The notes: generated by a model not told the origin, from the sequence alone. Positions 10,150 through 19,918 are shown, counted from the first letter of the stretch. The stretch is DNA of 64,000 nucleotides from Candidatus Aminicenantes bacterium (GCA_963773685.1 CAVZBY010000005.1:72709-136708), one strand, 5' to 3'. Numbers and translations: made by a program.

Positions 10150-11118
10150 TCAAGGAGAAGTTCGGGCTGCGGTGAGCAGGTCTTTCAGGGTCCGGGCGAT
10201 GGAGATACGGGGGGACCAGCCGGTGGCGGCGACGATCTTGCGGCTGTCGCCGATGAGGAAGGGGACATCGGTCTTCCGGAGCTTGGCGGGATCGACCTCG
10301 ACGCGGATGGACGGGCCTGCGTCCGGCCCCGTCCTCGCCTCCCCGAGCAGGAAATCCAGGACCTCGCGCAGGGCGATCGCTTTGCCGGAGCAGACGTTGT
10401 AAACCTCGCCGCGCCGGCCTTTCCGCATGAGGGCCGCGTAGGCCTCGACGACGTCCCGGACGTCGCTGAAATCGCGGCGCACGTCGAGGTTCCCGACGCG
10501 CAGGATGGGCTCCGCCTCCCCGCGCTCGATGCGCACGATCTGCCGCGCCCAGTCGGCGCAGACGAAATCCGGCGCCTGCCCGGGCCCGGTGTGCGGGAAC
10601 GGCCGGGCGATGACGATGTCGAGGCCTTCGATCCTCTCGTAGAATCCGCACATCATCTCGCCCGCCGCCTTCGAATAGGCGTAGGGGTTGGTGACCCGGA
10701 GCGGCCGGTCCTCTGCCAGGGGCGCCTCCCCCTCCCCGGCGACGCCGTAGACGTCCGAGGAGCTGATGAACAGAACGCGCGCCCGCGGCGCCTCCAGCCG
10801 GACGGCCTCGAGCAGGTTGTGCGTGCCCAGGACGTTGGTTTCGAGGGTTTCTCGCCGCGCCTGCCACGAATTGCGGACGTTGGAGACCGCCGCCAGGTGG
10901 AATACCTGGTCCGGCCGGACCCGGCGGACGAGGTCGCGGACATCGCATTCGGCCCGAAGGTCGAGGTAGAAGACGTTGGCGGCGCCTGCCGGCGGGGCCT
11001 GGGGGAAGGAGGTGCCGAAAACGGCGGCGGCCTGGTCAGGGCCCTCGCTCCTAGGCTCCAGGTTCTTCGCGAGGTGGCTCCCGACGAAACCTGTTATGCC
11101 CGTGATCAGGATGTTCAT
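10150..11118 (-). CDS. NAD-dependent epimerase/dehydratase, GDP-4-dehydro-6-deoxy-D-mannose reductase (Rmd)-like
   Basis: 322 aa with MNILITGITGFVGSHL and YAYSKAAGE (the YxxxK motif). It lies immediately downstream of gmd in the same orientation. Confidence 0.7.
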   Translation of the reverse strand: MNILITGITGFVGSHLAKNLEPRSEGPDQAAAVFGTSFPQAPPAGAANVFYLDLRAECDVRDLVRRVRPDQVFHLAAVSNVRNSWQARRETLETNVLGTHNLLEAVRLEAPRARVLFISSSDVYGVAGEGEAPLAEDRPLRVTNPYAYSKAAGEMMCGFYERIEGLDIVIARPFPHTGPGQAPDFVCADWARQIVRIERGEAEPILRVGNLDVRRDFSDVRDVVEAYAALMRKGRRGEVYNVCSGKAIALREVLDFLLGEARTGPDAGPSIRVEVDPAKLRKTDVPFLIGDSRKIVAATGWSPRISIARTLKDLLTAARTSP

Positions 11119-11126
11119 CTTTTGCT

Positions 11127-11182
11127 GAGGGGGCGGGCCCTAACATTCGGCTCTTTTGATGAATGTTAGGACCTGACCCCTC
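11127..11182. repeat. GGGGTCAGG/CCTGACCCC palindromic element (long form)
   Basis: gagggggcgggccctaacattc-N12-gaatgttaggacctgacccctc, an imperfect 22-nt inverted repeat between the reductase start and the gmd stop. Confidence 0.75.
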
Positions 11183-11189
11183 ATCGGTT

Positions 11190-12146
11190 CTAGACCCGCT
11201 CCCGCCAGTAGTTGAGCAGGTCGAGGATCGTCTGCTTGAACGGGATCATCGGCCGCCAGCCGGTCAGGCCCATGAACTTCGAGCTGTCGGCGAGCAGGAC
11301 CGGCACGTCCGAGGGCCTCAGCCGCGCCGGGTCGACCTGGACCTCCATCCGGGCCCGGCTGAGGGACATCAACAGGTCGAGGACCTCCTTCATGGCGAAG
11401 GCCTGCCCCCGGCCGATGTTATAGACCTCGCCCTCGACTCCGCGCTCCAGGGCGAGCCAATAGGCCCGGACCATGTCGCGGACGTCGGTGAAGTCGCGCT
11501 TGGCCTCGAGGTTGCCGACGTAAATGACCGGCGGCCGCTTCTTCTTCTCGATCTCGGCGATCTGCTTGGCGAACGACGACGTCACGAAGACCTCGCCCCG
11601 CCGCGGCCCGGTGTGGTTGAAGCCGCGCGTCCGGACCGTCCTCAGCCCGTAGCTCTTGTAGTACTGGAAGGCCAGCAGGTCCTGGGCGACTTTGCTCACG
11701 GCGTACGGGCTCAGCGGCCGGAGCGGGTTGGTCTCTTTCATCGGGATCTCGTCGGAAAAGACCTGTCCGTACTCTTCGCTCGAGCCGGCGATCTGGACCT
11801 TGGGCTTGAGGTCGAGGGCCAGCACGGCCTCGAACAGGTTGATCTCGCCGATGGCGTTGATGGCGAACGTCTCGGCCGGGCAGGTCCAGGAGGCGGGGAC
11901 GAAGCTCTGCGCGGCGAGATGGAAGATGCGGTCGGGTTTCGATTCCGCCAGGGCGGCCCGGAGGGAGACCTGGTCCTTGATGTCGGCCTCGATGAGCCGG
12001 ACCTTGTCCCGGATCGGGACGATGTTGTCCATCCGGCTCCGCCAGCGGACGAGGCCGAAGACCTCGGCGTCGGGGTGGTTGGCGAGGATATATTCCGCCA
12101 GGTGGCTCCCGGCGAAGCCGGTGATCCCGGTGATCAGTACGCGCAT
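11190..12146 (-). CDS. gmd: GDP-mannose 4,6-dehydratase
   Basis: 318 aa: MRVLITGITGFAGSHLAEY..., SSEEYG, YAVSKVAQD, RGFNHTGPRRGEVFVT, typical of short bacterial Gmd. Confidence 0.85.
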   Translation of the reverse strand: MRVLITGITGFAGSHLAEYILANHPDAEVFGLVRWRSRMDNIVPIRDKVRLIEADIKDQVSLRAALAESKPDRIFHLAAQSFVPASWTCPAETFAINAIGEINLFEAVLALDLKPKVQIAGSSEEYGQVFSDEIPMKETNPLRPLSPYAVSKVAQDLLAFQYYKSYGLRTVRTRGFNHTGPRRGEVFVTSSFAKQIAEIEKKKRPPVIYVGNLEAKRDFTDVRDMVRAYWLALERGVEGEVYNIGRGQAFAMKEVLDLLMSLSRARMEVQVDPARLRPSDVPVLLADSSKFMGLTGWRPMIPFKQTILDLLNYWRERV

Positions 12147-12161
12147 CGCGCCTCCTTCAGC

Positions 12162-13631
12162 TCAGATGTTCAGCTCCAGCTGGTCCTCCCGGGCCTGGGC
12201 CCGCTCCTTCTCGATCTCGTTCAGGAGCTCGGCCGATATGTCCCCGGTCGGGTAGACCCCGTCGAAGCAGGCGGCGCAGAACTCGCCCAGCTTGGGGTTT
12301 TCGAGCATGACGGCCTTTTTCAGGGCGTCGAGGCTCTGGTAGATGACCTTGTCCGCGCCGATCCGCTTGGCCACCGTCGCCTCGTCGGCGTTCCGGGCCA
12401 CGAACTCGGTCTTGGACTGCATGTCGATGCCGTAGACGCAGGGGAAGCGGAGCGGGGGGGAGTAGGATGCCAGGTAGACCTTCTTGGCGCCGCACTCCCG
12501 GATCATCTCGATGATGGCCCGCGACGTGTTGCCCCGGACGATGCTGTCGTCGACGAGAAGGACGCGCTTGCCCTTGACCTCGGAGGCGATGGGGTTGAGC
12601 TTCTGGCGCACCGAGCTCTTCCGCTTGTCGTCGGCGGGCATGATGAACGTCCGGCCGATGTACCGGTTCTTGACGAGCGCCTCGCTGTACTTCAGGTCGA
12701 GCTTCCGGGCGATCTCGATGGCCGCGTCCCGGGCCGAGTCGGGCACGGGCACGACGACGTCGATGGGGATCTTGCGCCGCCGGATCTCCGCCGCCAGGAA
12801 CCGGCCCAGGTTGACCCGGACCTTGTAGACGTTCGCGTTGTCGATGATCGAATCCGGCCGGGCGAAATAGACCCACTCGAACAGGCAGGGCGTGTGGCGG
12901 CAGCAGGACAGGCGCTTCGCGTGGACTTTCCGTTCCTTGTCGAAGAACACGGCCTGGCCGGGCTCGACGCTCTTGATGTTGCCGAAATTCATGAGGTTCA
13001 GGCTGACCGTTTCCGAGGCCACGGCGACCGACGGGACGAGCCCGTCGTTCCGCGAGCCGTAGACCAGCGGCTTGATGCCGAACGGATCGCGGAAGGCGAC
13101 CATCCCCTGGCCGGCGATGTAGGCGACGACCGAGTAGCTCCCGTGGACCTTCTTGTAGACGCCCGCGACCGCCTTGAAGACGTGCTCGGGACCGAGGTCC
13201 CGCGTCTTCTGCTCGCCGAGCTCCTGGGCGAAGATGTTGAGGATGACCTCGAGGTCGCAGTCGGAGTTGAGCAGGCGGTGGTGCTTCTCGAAGAGCTCTT
13301 CCTTGAGCTCGCGGTAGTTGGTGACGTTCCCGTTGTGGGCCATGATGATGCCGAACGGCGAATTGACCTGGAACGGCTGGGCGTCCTCGCCGCCGCCCCC
13401 GCCGACCGTCGGGTAGCGGGTGTGTCCGATGCCGACGTTGCCGCGCAGGCGCTGGATGCTCTCGACCGTGAAGATGTCGCGGACGAGGCCGTCGCCCTTC
13501 TTCGTGTGGAACCGCCCGTCGTAGGTGATGATCCCGGCGGCGTCCTGCCCCCGGTGCTGCATGGCCAGCAGGCCCTGGTACATATCGCGGACGATATGGT
13601 CGTTAGCCCAGATCCCGATGACGCCGCACAT
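12162..13631 (-). CDS. purF: amidophosphoribosyltransferase
   Basis: MCGVIGIW N-terminal nucleophile Cys, HRGQDAAGI, and the PRTase motif VLLVDDSIVRGNTS; 489 aa. Confidence 0.95.
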   Translation of the reverse strand: MCGVIGIWANDHIVRDMYQGLLAMQHRGQDAAGIITYDGRFHTKKGDGLVRDIFTVESIQRLRGNVGIGHTRYPTVGGGGGEDAQPFQVNSPFGIIMAHNGNVTNYRELKEELFEKHHRLLNSDCDLEVILNIFAQELGEQKTRDLGPEHVFKAVAGVYKKVHGSYSVVAYIAGQGMVAFRDPFGIKPLVYGSRNDGLVPSVAVASETVSLNLMNFGNIKSVEPGQAVFFDKERKVHAKRLSCCRHTPCLFEWVYFARPDSIIDNANVYKVRVNLGRFLAAEIRRRKIPIDVVVPVPDSARDAAIEIARKLDLKYSEALVKNRYIGRTFIMPADDKRKSSVRQKLNPIASEVKGKRVLLVDDSIVRGNTSRAIIEMIRECGAKKVYLASYSPPLRFPCVYGIDMQSKTEFVARNADEATVAKRIGADKVIYQSLDALKKAVMLENPKLGEFCAACFDGVYPTGDISAELLNEIEKERAQAREDQLELNI

Positions 13632-13649
13632 AGCTCAATTATAGCAGAT

Positions 13650-13681
13650 GGGGTCAGGCCCTGACATTGAAGAACTTAATG

Positions 13682-13698
<17 letters not shown>
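13650..13698. repeat. GGGGTCAGG/CCTGACCCC palindromic element (long form)
   Basis: ggggtcaggccctgacatt-gaagaactt-aatgttaggaccggacccctc. The right arm encodes the last codons and the stop of the heptose kinase gene. Confidence 0.8.
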
Positions 13699-14644
<946 letters not shown>

Positions 14645-14648
14645 GACG

Positions 14649-15912
14649 TTATTCCTTTCTCAGATAGATGGGGTTCGAGACGATCCAGGGGATGTCCGCC
14701 CGGAGAGGCGTCCGCTCCTTGAGATAGACCTCGACCCGATAGACCCCCGGACCCTCGGCGGGAACGTCGAGCCCGGACCCGCGCGTCGCGGCCATGACGC
14801 GCCCGTCGCGAAGGAGACGGATCTCCTTGCGGAACCGGCTCGGCATCAGGGCCCGGAATCGGATCTTCATCGGCGCGGCCGTCGCGATCGCGATCGTATC
14901 GCCCATGCCGTAAGAGCGCCGGCGGTGTCCGGCCGGGTCGCCCGATGCCGCGCCCGCGGAGCCCTCGTCCTTCTCCTCCAACGCTTCGAAACGGAAGCCG
15001 CTCGCGTCCGCGACCGCTTCGACGGCGTTATAGAACCGTCCGCGATGGAGCGATCGCCAGACCGCGGCCCCTTCGGCATCCGCGTCCGCGGGATCGCCGC
15101 CGCCCGCGGTCCCGCTCGGGCCATCGACCAGGACATGGAGCCGGAGCAGGGCGAAGATCCCGCGGTAATAGAGGTGCGCGTCCGCGCTGAAGTAGCCGGC
15201 GATGGCCGCCCGCGCGCCTCGCTTGTCCCAGCGCTGGAGGTTCGCGGCCGGGTGTTCGAGCATCCGGATGAGCGGCAGGCGCGAGCCAAGGAGGAGCAGC
15301 GGTGCGTAGGCGATGACGCGGCGGATAGTTGTTCTTGAACATCGTATCGGCGTTGATGATCTCGATGCCCGAATAGTCGGAGGATTCGCCCCAATCGCCC
15401 CAAGACCACTTGACCTTCGAGTAGGGGTGGGCGATGACGGTGAATCCGCCGAGGGCCTTGACCGCGCCGACGGCGTCCTCGGCCTTTGACGGGAGCGTCC
15501 CCTCTCCGGGCGGCGTCCGGAAGCCCAGGGCCACGAGGTGACCCCGGTTCACGTTGAGCTCCGAGCCGGCGAGGACGAGCACGCCCCTGCGCCGGCCGGC
15601 GGCGCGGAGGCTGGCGTAGTTCGGATTGCCGTGGTCGGTCAGGACGACGAAATCGAGGCTTTCCCGCGCCGCCCGGGCCGCCACCTCATCGACCGTGGCG
15701 TGCCCGTCGGAGAAGGTCGTGTGGATGTGATAAACGCCCTGGAGCTCCCGCACGAGGCGACCGCTTGGGTCCCGGACCGCCGCCGCGCGCTCCCCGTCCG
15801 GATTCTTGTAGCTCCTGAAGGAGAGCTCGGAATACGCCAGCCATGCGGCGTAGATCGCGACGACGGCCAGAGCCCAGCGCAGGATCTTGCGGACCGTCGT
15901 TCCAAGCGTCAT
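14649..15912 (-). CDS. membrane-anchored PHP-domain metallohydrolase (CehA/McbA-like), interrupted by a frameshift near 15322-15326
   Basis: N-terminal transmembrane segment, then YHIHTTFSDGHATVDEV...VVLTDHG (PHP motifs) in ORF 15028-15912. The C-terminal half is in ORF 14649-15263. The junction reads ...FKNNY / IRRVIAYAPLLLLGSRLPLIRMLEHP after removing 1 nt. Confidence 0.7.
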
Positions 15913-15956
15913 GCTATTTCGTGTCCAAGCTTAAAATCGTGCCGAGGCCAAGTCTG

Positions 15957-16016
15957 ATGTAGCCGCAGACTTTAGTCTGCGTCTTCCAGAGCTCAGGCTA
16001 AAGCCTGAGGCTACAT
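15957..16016. repeat. REP inverted doublet (REPIN-like)
   Basis: atGTAGCC-GCAGAC-TTTA-GTCTGC-gtcttc (15957-15986), then gCTCAGGC-TAAA-GCCTGAG-GCTACat (15991-16016). The GTAG ends face outward. Confidence 0.85.
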
Positions 16017-16073
16017 AAAGCCCTGGCGCCGAAGCCTGAGGCCGCGTCGGACACCCTCATCGAGGCCTTCTTT

Positions 16074-16097
16074 TATAGCCGCAAGCCTCAGCTTGCG
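16074..16097 (+). repeat. degenerate REP copy
   Basis: taTAGCC-GCAAGC-CTCA-GCTTGC-g. It overlaps the stop region of the O-antigen ligase gene. Confidence 0.5.
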
Positions 16098-17257
16098 CTT
16101 TCCCTGCCCGCGAACGGCATCGTAATCAGGTACAGGAACAGGATCGCGATCTCCGAATCCCCGAAATTGTATTCGAAGAACCCGGCGACCACCAGGACGG
16201 TCAGGGCCGCGAGTCCGCCCGCCGCGAGGGGCAGGCGGGCCGGGTCCCGGGCCCGTACGACCTTGACAAGCGATACGCCTACCCAGACGATGAACGCCAG
16301 CCAGGCCGCCAGGGCCGGGAGGCCCCGCTCGGCCGCGATCTGAACGAAGTTGTTGTGAAGGTGGACGTTGCGCTTGGCCTCTTCGGACAGGCCGTATTTC
16401 GGGTTCTGGAACACCATATCGACCGTGTCCGGTCCCGTCCCGAGCAGGGGATAGTCGCGGATGATGCCGGCGCCCGCCCGGAGATATTCGACGCGCATGC
16501 GGTTCGAATAGCCCTCGAGGGTAAAAATGCTGAGGGCCCGCTTCTTGACCGAAGCCGGGCTGGCGAAGAAAACGGCCACGACGAGGGCCGGGACGATCAG
16601 AACGAACTTCGGCTTCCAGATGAGGACAAGGACGCCCGCGGCCGCGGCGATGCCGATCCAGGCGCTGCGGGTCAGGGTCATCTCGAGCGCCGCCCCCGCG
16701 GCCAACGCACCCGCCGCCCATAGGTACCGAGCCTTGCCTTTCCCGAAGAGGGCCATGGCCATGGCCAGGGACATGAACAGGGCGAGCAGTCCGGCCTGCG
16801 TCATGTAATGGCCCATGAATCCCATGATCCTCTCTTCCGGTCCGGCCTTGAAGAGCCCGCGATAAACGGCGTAGAGGACGCTCACGGCCGCCGATGCGAA
16901 GACGGCGTAATTAGCCCGCCGGACATCGCGCAGGGCGCGGAGGGACATGTAGGCAACGGGGATCATGAGGTAGAGGGCCATCTCGCGACAGTCGCGGAAG
17001 CTGACCGCCGCGTTGACCGAATAGGCCGACGCCAGGAGGGACAGCGCCATATAGGCGAGGAGCGGGATGAAGAACATCGGGGCGGCAAAACGCCGCTTTT
17101 CGATGATGAGTCCGACCGCCCAGAGGGCGGTCGCCAGGAAGAGGAAGCCCTCCGTCAGGCTGATCGAGACGAGCGAGAAGAGAAGGCTGAAAGCCAGGAC
17201 CTGGCCGGGAAGGGCGCCCCAGAGGCGGGAGGGCTTGACGGTCGGTTCGGTCGGCAT
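16088..17257 (-). CDS. O-antigen ligase family (Wzy_C/WaaL-like) membrane protein
   Basis: 389 aa, polytopic, with the Wzy_C-type region HLHNNFVQIAAERGLPALAAW. Confidence 0.8.
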   Translation of the reverse strand: MPTEPTVKPSRLWGALPGQVLAFSLLFSLVSISLTEGFLFLATALWAVGLIIEKRRFAAPMFFIPLLAYMALSLLASAYSVNAAVSFRDCREMALYLMIPVAYMSLRALRDVRRANYAVFASAAVSVLYAVYRGLFKAGPEERIMGFMGHYMTQAGLLALFMSLAMAMALFGKGKARYLWAAGALAAGAALEMTLTRSAWIGIAAAAGVLVLIWKPKFVLIVPALVVAVFFASPASVKKRALSIFTLEGYSNRMRVEYLRAGAGIIRDYPLLGTGPDTVDMVFQNPKYGLSEEAKRNVHLHNNFVQIAAERGLPALAAWLAFIVWVGVSLVKVVRARDPARLPLAAGGLAALTVLVVAGFFEYNFGDSEIAILFLYLITMPFAGRESAS

Positions 17258-17273
17258 CGGCTTAGATTCTAGC

Positions 17274-18308
17274 CTAAAAGGGGTCAGGTCTCAACTTTTC
17301 AACCTGATCCCTTACCTCTTCCGGAGTGATGAGCTGAAGGCACCGGAAATCGCCGTGGACGCATGTCCTTTGTTTACAGGGCCGGCAGTCGAGGGCCTTC
17401 TCGATGATCCGGGCGCCGCCCGCGGGCCTCCAGGGGGCGAAGTTCGCCGGCAAGGTGGGCCCGAACCAGGCGACGATGGGCGTTCCGACGGCCGCGGCGA
17501 TGTGCATCGGCCCGCTGTCCGGTCCGACGAAGACCGTCGCCTGCCGGATGAGCGCGGCCGTCCCGGCGAGGTCGAGCGCTCCGACGTACGAAAGCGTTCC
17601 CGGCACCCTCCCCAGGATCTCCGCTTCGGCCGCCTTGTCCTCGGCGCCCCCGATGAGGGCGACCCGCGTTCCCTCCGCCTCCCCGAGCAGGCGGACCAGG
17701 CGGACCAGGTTGTCGGTCCCCCAATACCGGAAGCGATTGCCCGCACCTATATGGAGGACGATCATAGGGCCGCGGCCCTGAAGATCAAGGATCGGGGCCT
17801 GAGCCCTTGGCAGGACGAGCCCCGGTATCTCCCCGACCGCGACGCCGAGCGCCCGGACAAGGTTGACATGATTCTCGACGCTATGTATCCGTCCCTGTTC
17901 GGGCGCGCGCGGGACGCGAACGTCGTACAGGAATCCCCTGTACTTGACGGCATAGCCCGCCTTGACCTTCGCCCCCGAAAGAAGCGCGAGCAGGGACGCC
18001 CGCGGCCCGCCGTGGAAGTCGATGACGGCGTCGAAACCCTCTTTCCGCAGCGCGCGGGCGAGCGCGAGGAACTCCCGGCGGGACGCCCCCTTCGGGACCG
18101 CGACGATGCGGTCGATGTCGGGGTTCCCTTCGACGAGCTTCCGGTAGGGCTCCTCGACGACATAGACGAGCTCGGCCCGGGGCAGGGCCGTCCGCAAGGC
18201 CCTTACGGCCGGGGTCGTCAGGATGATGTCGCCGATCCGCCGCAGCCGGATGAGGAGGACCTTGCGGAAGAGGGACGGATCAGTCCTTGATCCGTCTCTC
18301 GGGCTCAA
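17274..18308 (-). CDS. glycosyltransferase family 9 (LPS heptosyltransferase-like)
   Basis: 344 aa: KVLLIRLRRIGDIILTTPAVRAL...VGPDSGPMHIAAAVGTPIVAWFGP, which are canonical GT9 motifs. Confidence 0.85.
   Translation of the reverse strand: MSPRDGSRTDPSLFRKVLLIRLRRIGDIILTTPAVRALRTALPRAELVYVVEEPYRKLVEGNPDIDRIVAVPKGASRREFLALARALRKEGFDAVIDFHGGPRASLLALLSGAKVKAGYAVKYRGFLYDVRVPRAPEQGRIHSVENHVNLVRALGVAVGEIPGLVLPRAQAPILDLQGRGPMIVLHIGAGNRFRYWGTDNLVRLVRLLGEAEGTRVALIGGAEDKAAEAEILGRVPGTLSYVGALDLAGTAALIRQATVFVGPDSGPMHIAAAVGTPIVAWFGPTLPANFAPWRPAGGARIIEKALDCRPCKQRTCVHGDFRCLQLITPEEVRDQVEKLRPDPF
17280..17311. repeat. GGGGTCAGG/CCTGACCCC palindromic element (short form)
   Basis: ggggtcaggtctcaac-ttttc-aacctgatccc. 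It overlaps the last codons (RPDPF*) of the GT9 gene. Confidence 0.65.
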
Positions 18309-18468
18309 TGGAGGCCTCGTCGATGAGCATCACCGGGATCTCGTCCTCGATGGGATAGACGCGGTGGCACTCGACGCACTTCAGGCCTTGCCCGTCGGCG
18401 GTCTCCTTCACGTCGGCCTTGCAGTAGGGGCAGGCGAGGATGGCGAGAAGTTCCGGGTCCAAAGCCAT
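18280..18468 (-). CDS. Trm112/YcaR-family small zinc-ribbon protein
   Basis: 62 aa: MALDPELLAILACPYCKADVKETADGQGLKCVECHRVYPIEDEIPVMLIDEA. It forms the tail of artefactual ORF 18280-19500 and overlaps the GT9 start by 29 nt. Confidence 0.8.
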   Translation of the reverse strand: MALDPELLAILACPYCKADVKETADGQGLKCVECHRVYPIEDEIPVMLIDEASIEPERRIKD

Positions 18469-18521
18469 GGCGTTCTCCTCTCTATATTCATCGTATATGA
18501 CCCCAGGTCCCCCGTCAAGGC

Positions 18522-18548
18522 GAGGGGTCAGTTGAGACCTGACCCCTC
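18522..18548. repeat. GGGGTCAGG/CCTGACCCC palindromic element (short form)
   Basis: gaggggtcag-ttgaga-cctgacccctc, in the divergent intergenic region between the Trm112 and GT4 genes. Confidence 0.7.
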
Positions 18549-18567
18549 CCCGACTTATAATGGAAAA

Positions 18568-19710
18568 ATGAATTGGCTCTTCCTCGGCGGCTACGACCCC
18601 GCCTATCCGCGCACGGCGGTCATCCGCAAGGGCCTCGGGGCCCACGGCGACGGCGTCATCGAATACGCCGCCGACCCGTCCTTCAAGGCCTGGCTCCGGT
18701 ACCCCCTGCTTTTGGCGCGGATCGCCGCGGGCTCCGTATCGCGCTTCCCCCTCCGCCGGGCCGACGCCGTTTATGTCCCCTCTTTCTGCCAGAAAGACGT
18801 TCCGCTCGCCCGCTTCCTGGCCGCTCTCATTGCCCGCCCGGTCGTCTTCGACCCGCTTGCCCCGCGGCACGAGACCAAGATCCTCGATCGCGGCCGCCGT
18901 CCCGCCGATTCCCTGACCGCCCGATGGAACTGGTGGATCGACGCTCTGGCCTTCCGTCTCGCCGATATCGTCCTCGCCGATACGGCCGCCCATGCCGCCT
19001 ATTATAAAAGCGCTTACGGCGTCCCGGCCCGGAAGCTGGTCGTCGTCCCCGTCGGATACGACGATGCCCTCTTCGACCCCGACAGCGGGGCGACCGCAGC
19101 GGCACGGGCCTCGGCCCGGTCTCCCTCCGGCGCGGCCTTCACGGTCCTCTTCTTCGGTTCCTTCCTGCCCCTTCATGGAGTGACGGCCGTCGTCGAAGCC
19201 GCCCGCGAAGTCCTCCGCCGCGACCCCGCCGTCCGTTTCCGTTTCGTCGGCTCGGGAGACACATGGGCCCGGGCGCGCGCCCTGGCCTCGGACCTGGGCG
19301 CCTCCAATTGCGTGTTCGAGCCCTGGGTTCCTTTGGGCGCCCTTCCGACGCTCATCGCCTCGGCCGACGTTGCCCTCGGCATCTTCGGCCGGACCGACAA
19401 GGCCCGGCGCGTCGTCCCCCACAAGATCTTCCAGTCGCTCGGCATGCGCAGGCCCGTGATCACCGCCCGAACCCCCGCCGTCGAGGAGTTCTTCGCCCAT
19501 GGAGAGGACATCTGGCTGTGCGACGAACCTTACGCCGGGACGCTCGCCGACGCGGTCCTCCGCCTGAAAGCCGATGCCGCCTTCCGCGAGCGCCTCGCCG
19601 CCGGCGGGTTCCGCACGGTCAAGGAGAGGTTCACGCCCGCCGCCGTAGCCGCAGCGCTGAGAAGCGCGGTTTTAGATCGTCGCCGCGGGCCTGCCGGCCC
19701 GGACTTGTAG
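18568..19710 (+). CDS. glycosyltransferase family 4 (GT-B fold)
   Basis: Starts MNWLFLGGYDPAYPRTAV. The C-terminal half (FGSFLPLHGV...PHKIFQSLGMRRPVITA) is GT4-like. The upstream part of ORF 18223-19710 is antisense to Trm112 and is discarded. The stop TAG lies inside a partial REP head (tGTAG). Confidence 0.8.
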   Translation: MNWLFLGGYDPAYPRTAVIRKGLGAHGDGVIEYAADPSFKAWLRYPLLLARIAAGSVSRFPLRRADAVYVPSFCQKDVPLARFLAALIARPVVFDPLAPRHETKILDRGRRPADSLTARWNWWIDALAFRLADIVLADTAAHAAYYKSAYGVPARKLVVVPVGYDDALFDPDSGATAAARASARSPSGAAFTVLFFGSFLPLHGVTAVVEAAREVLRRDPAVRFRFVGSGDTWARARALASDLGASNCVFEPWVPLGALPTLIASADVALGIFGRTDKARRVVPHKIFQSLGMRRPVITARTPAVEEFFAHGEDIWLCDEPYAGTLADAVLRLKADAAFRERLAAGGFRTVKERFTPAAVAAALRSAVLDRRRGPAGPDL

Positions 19711-19810
19711 CCGTGGGCCTGTAGCCGCAGGCTTTAGCCTGCGTCTTATCTTGTACCCGCGGACCTAAGCCTGCGTCTTCAAGAGCTCAGGCTGAAATCT
19801 GAGACTTCAT
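19706..19810. repeat. REP cluster (one partial, one good, two degenerate copies)
   Basis: tgtagccgtggg (partial); tGTAGCC-GCAGGC-TTTA-GCCTGC-g at 19720-19748; ttgtacccgcggacctaagcctgcgtcttc at 19751-19780; gctcaggctgaaatctgagacttcat at 19785-19810. Confidence 0.75.
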
Positions 19811-19815
19811 TGCTC

Positions 19816-19851
19816 CTGTCTCGCTTGTCTCGCACATCTCGCCTGTCCCGC
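19816..19851 (-). repeat. tandem 9-nt array (GCGAGAC-NN) x4
   Basis: Plus strand reads ctGTCTCGC ttGTCTCGC acATCTCGC ctGTCCCGC. Confidence 0.8.
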
Positions 19852-19860
19852 GCCTCGGCG

Positions 19861-19889
19861 TTGCCGGGTTCCTTTAAATGTATTATTAT
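19861..19889 (+). promoter_or_regulatory. candidate sigma70-type promoter of the LPS-kinase gene
   Basis: TTGCCG (19861-19866), 17-nt spacer, TATTAT (19884-19889), 30 nt before the ATG at 19919. The -35 box is in 9-nt register with the upstream array. Confidence 0.4.
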
Positions 19890-19918
19890 GACGGGCGAGG
19901 AGCGATCCCCGCCCGACG

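Noticed and set aside
9872-10402. 176-aa plus-strand ORF spanning the REP-flanked spacer and running into the reductase gene.
   Set aside because: It runs antisense into the Rmd-like gene, has no motif, and is in a different frame from the RAYT-like remnant.
11163-13664. 833-aa plus-strand ORF. Similar long shadow ORFs occur at 24331-27090 (+), 57504-59834 (-), 4904-6211 (-), 7112-8221 (-), 36454-38073 (+), 39076-40524 (-), 42419-43636 (-) and 20834-22444 (+).
   Set aside because: Each lies opposite or overlaps a gene with strong family identity (gmd/purF, carB, the MCOs, lptD, rmlA, mgtC/UbiA, ArnT-like, eno). All have the same Arg/Pro/Gly/Asp-rich composition and no recognisable motif.
18223-18567. 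N-terminal extension of the GT4 ORF, and the 406-aa minus-strand ORF 18280-19500.
   Set aside because: The extension is antisense to the Trm112 gene and a palindromic element, and MNWLFLGGYDP at 18568 is a natural start. Only the last 62 codons of ORF 18280-19500 (the Trm112 zinc ribbon) look real; the rest is antisense to GT4.
19816-19851. Possibility that the 9-nt arrays (here and at seven other loci) are mini-CRISPR arrays.
   Set aside because: The units are contiguous 9-mers with no spacers, far shorter than CRISPR repeats, and no cas genes are present in the window.
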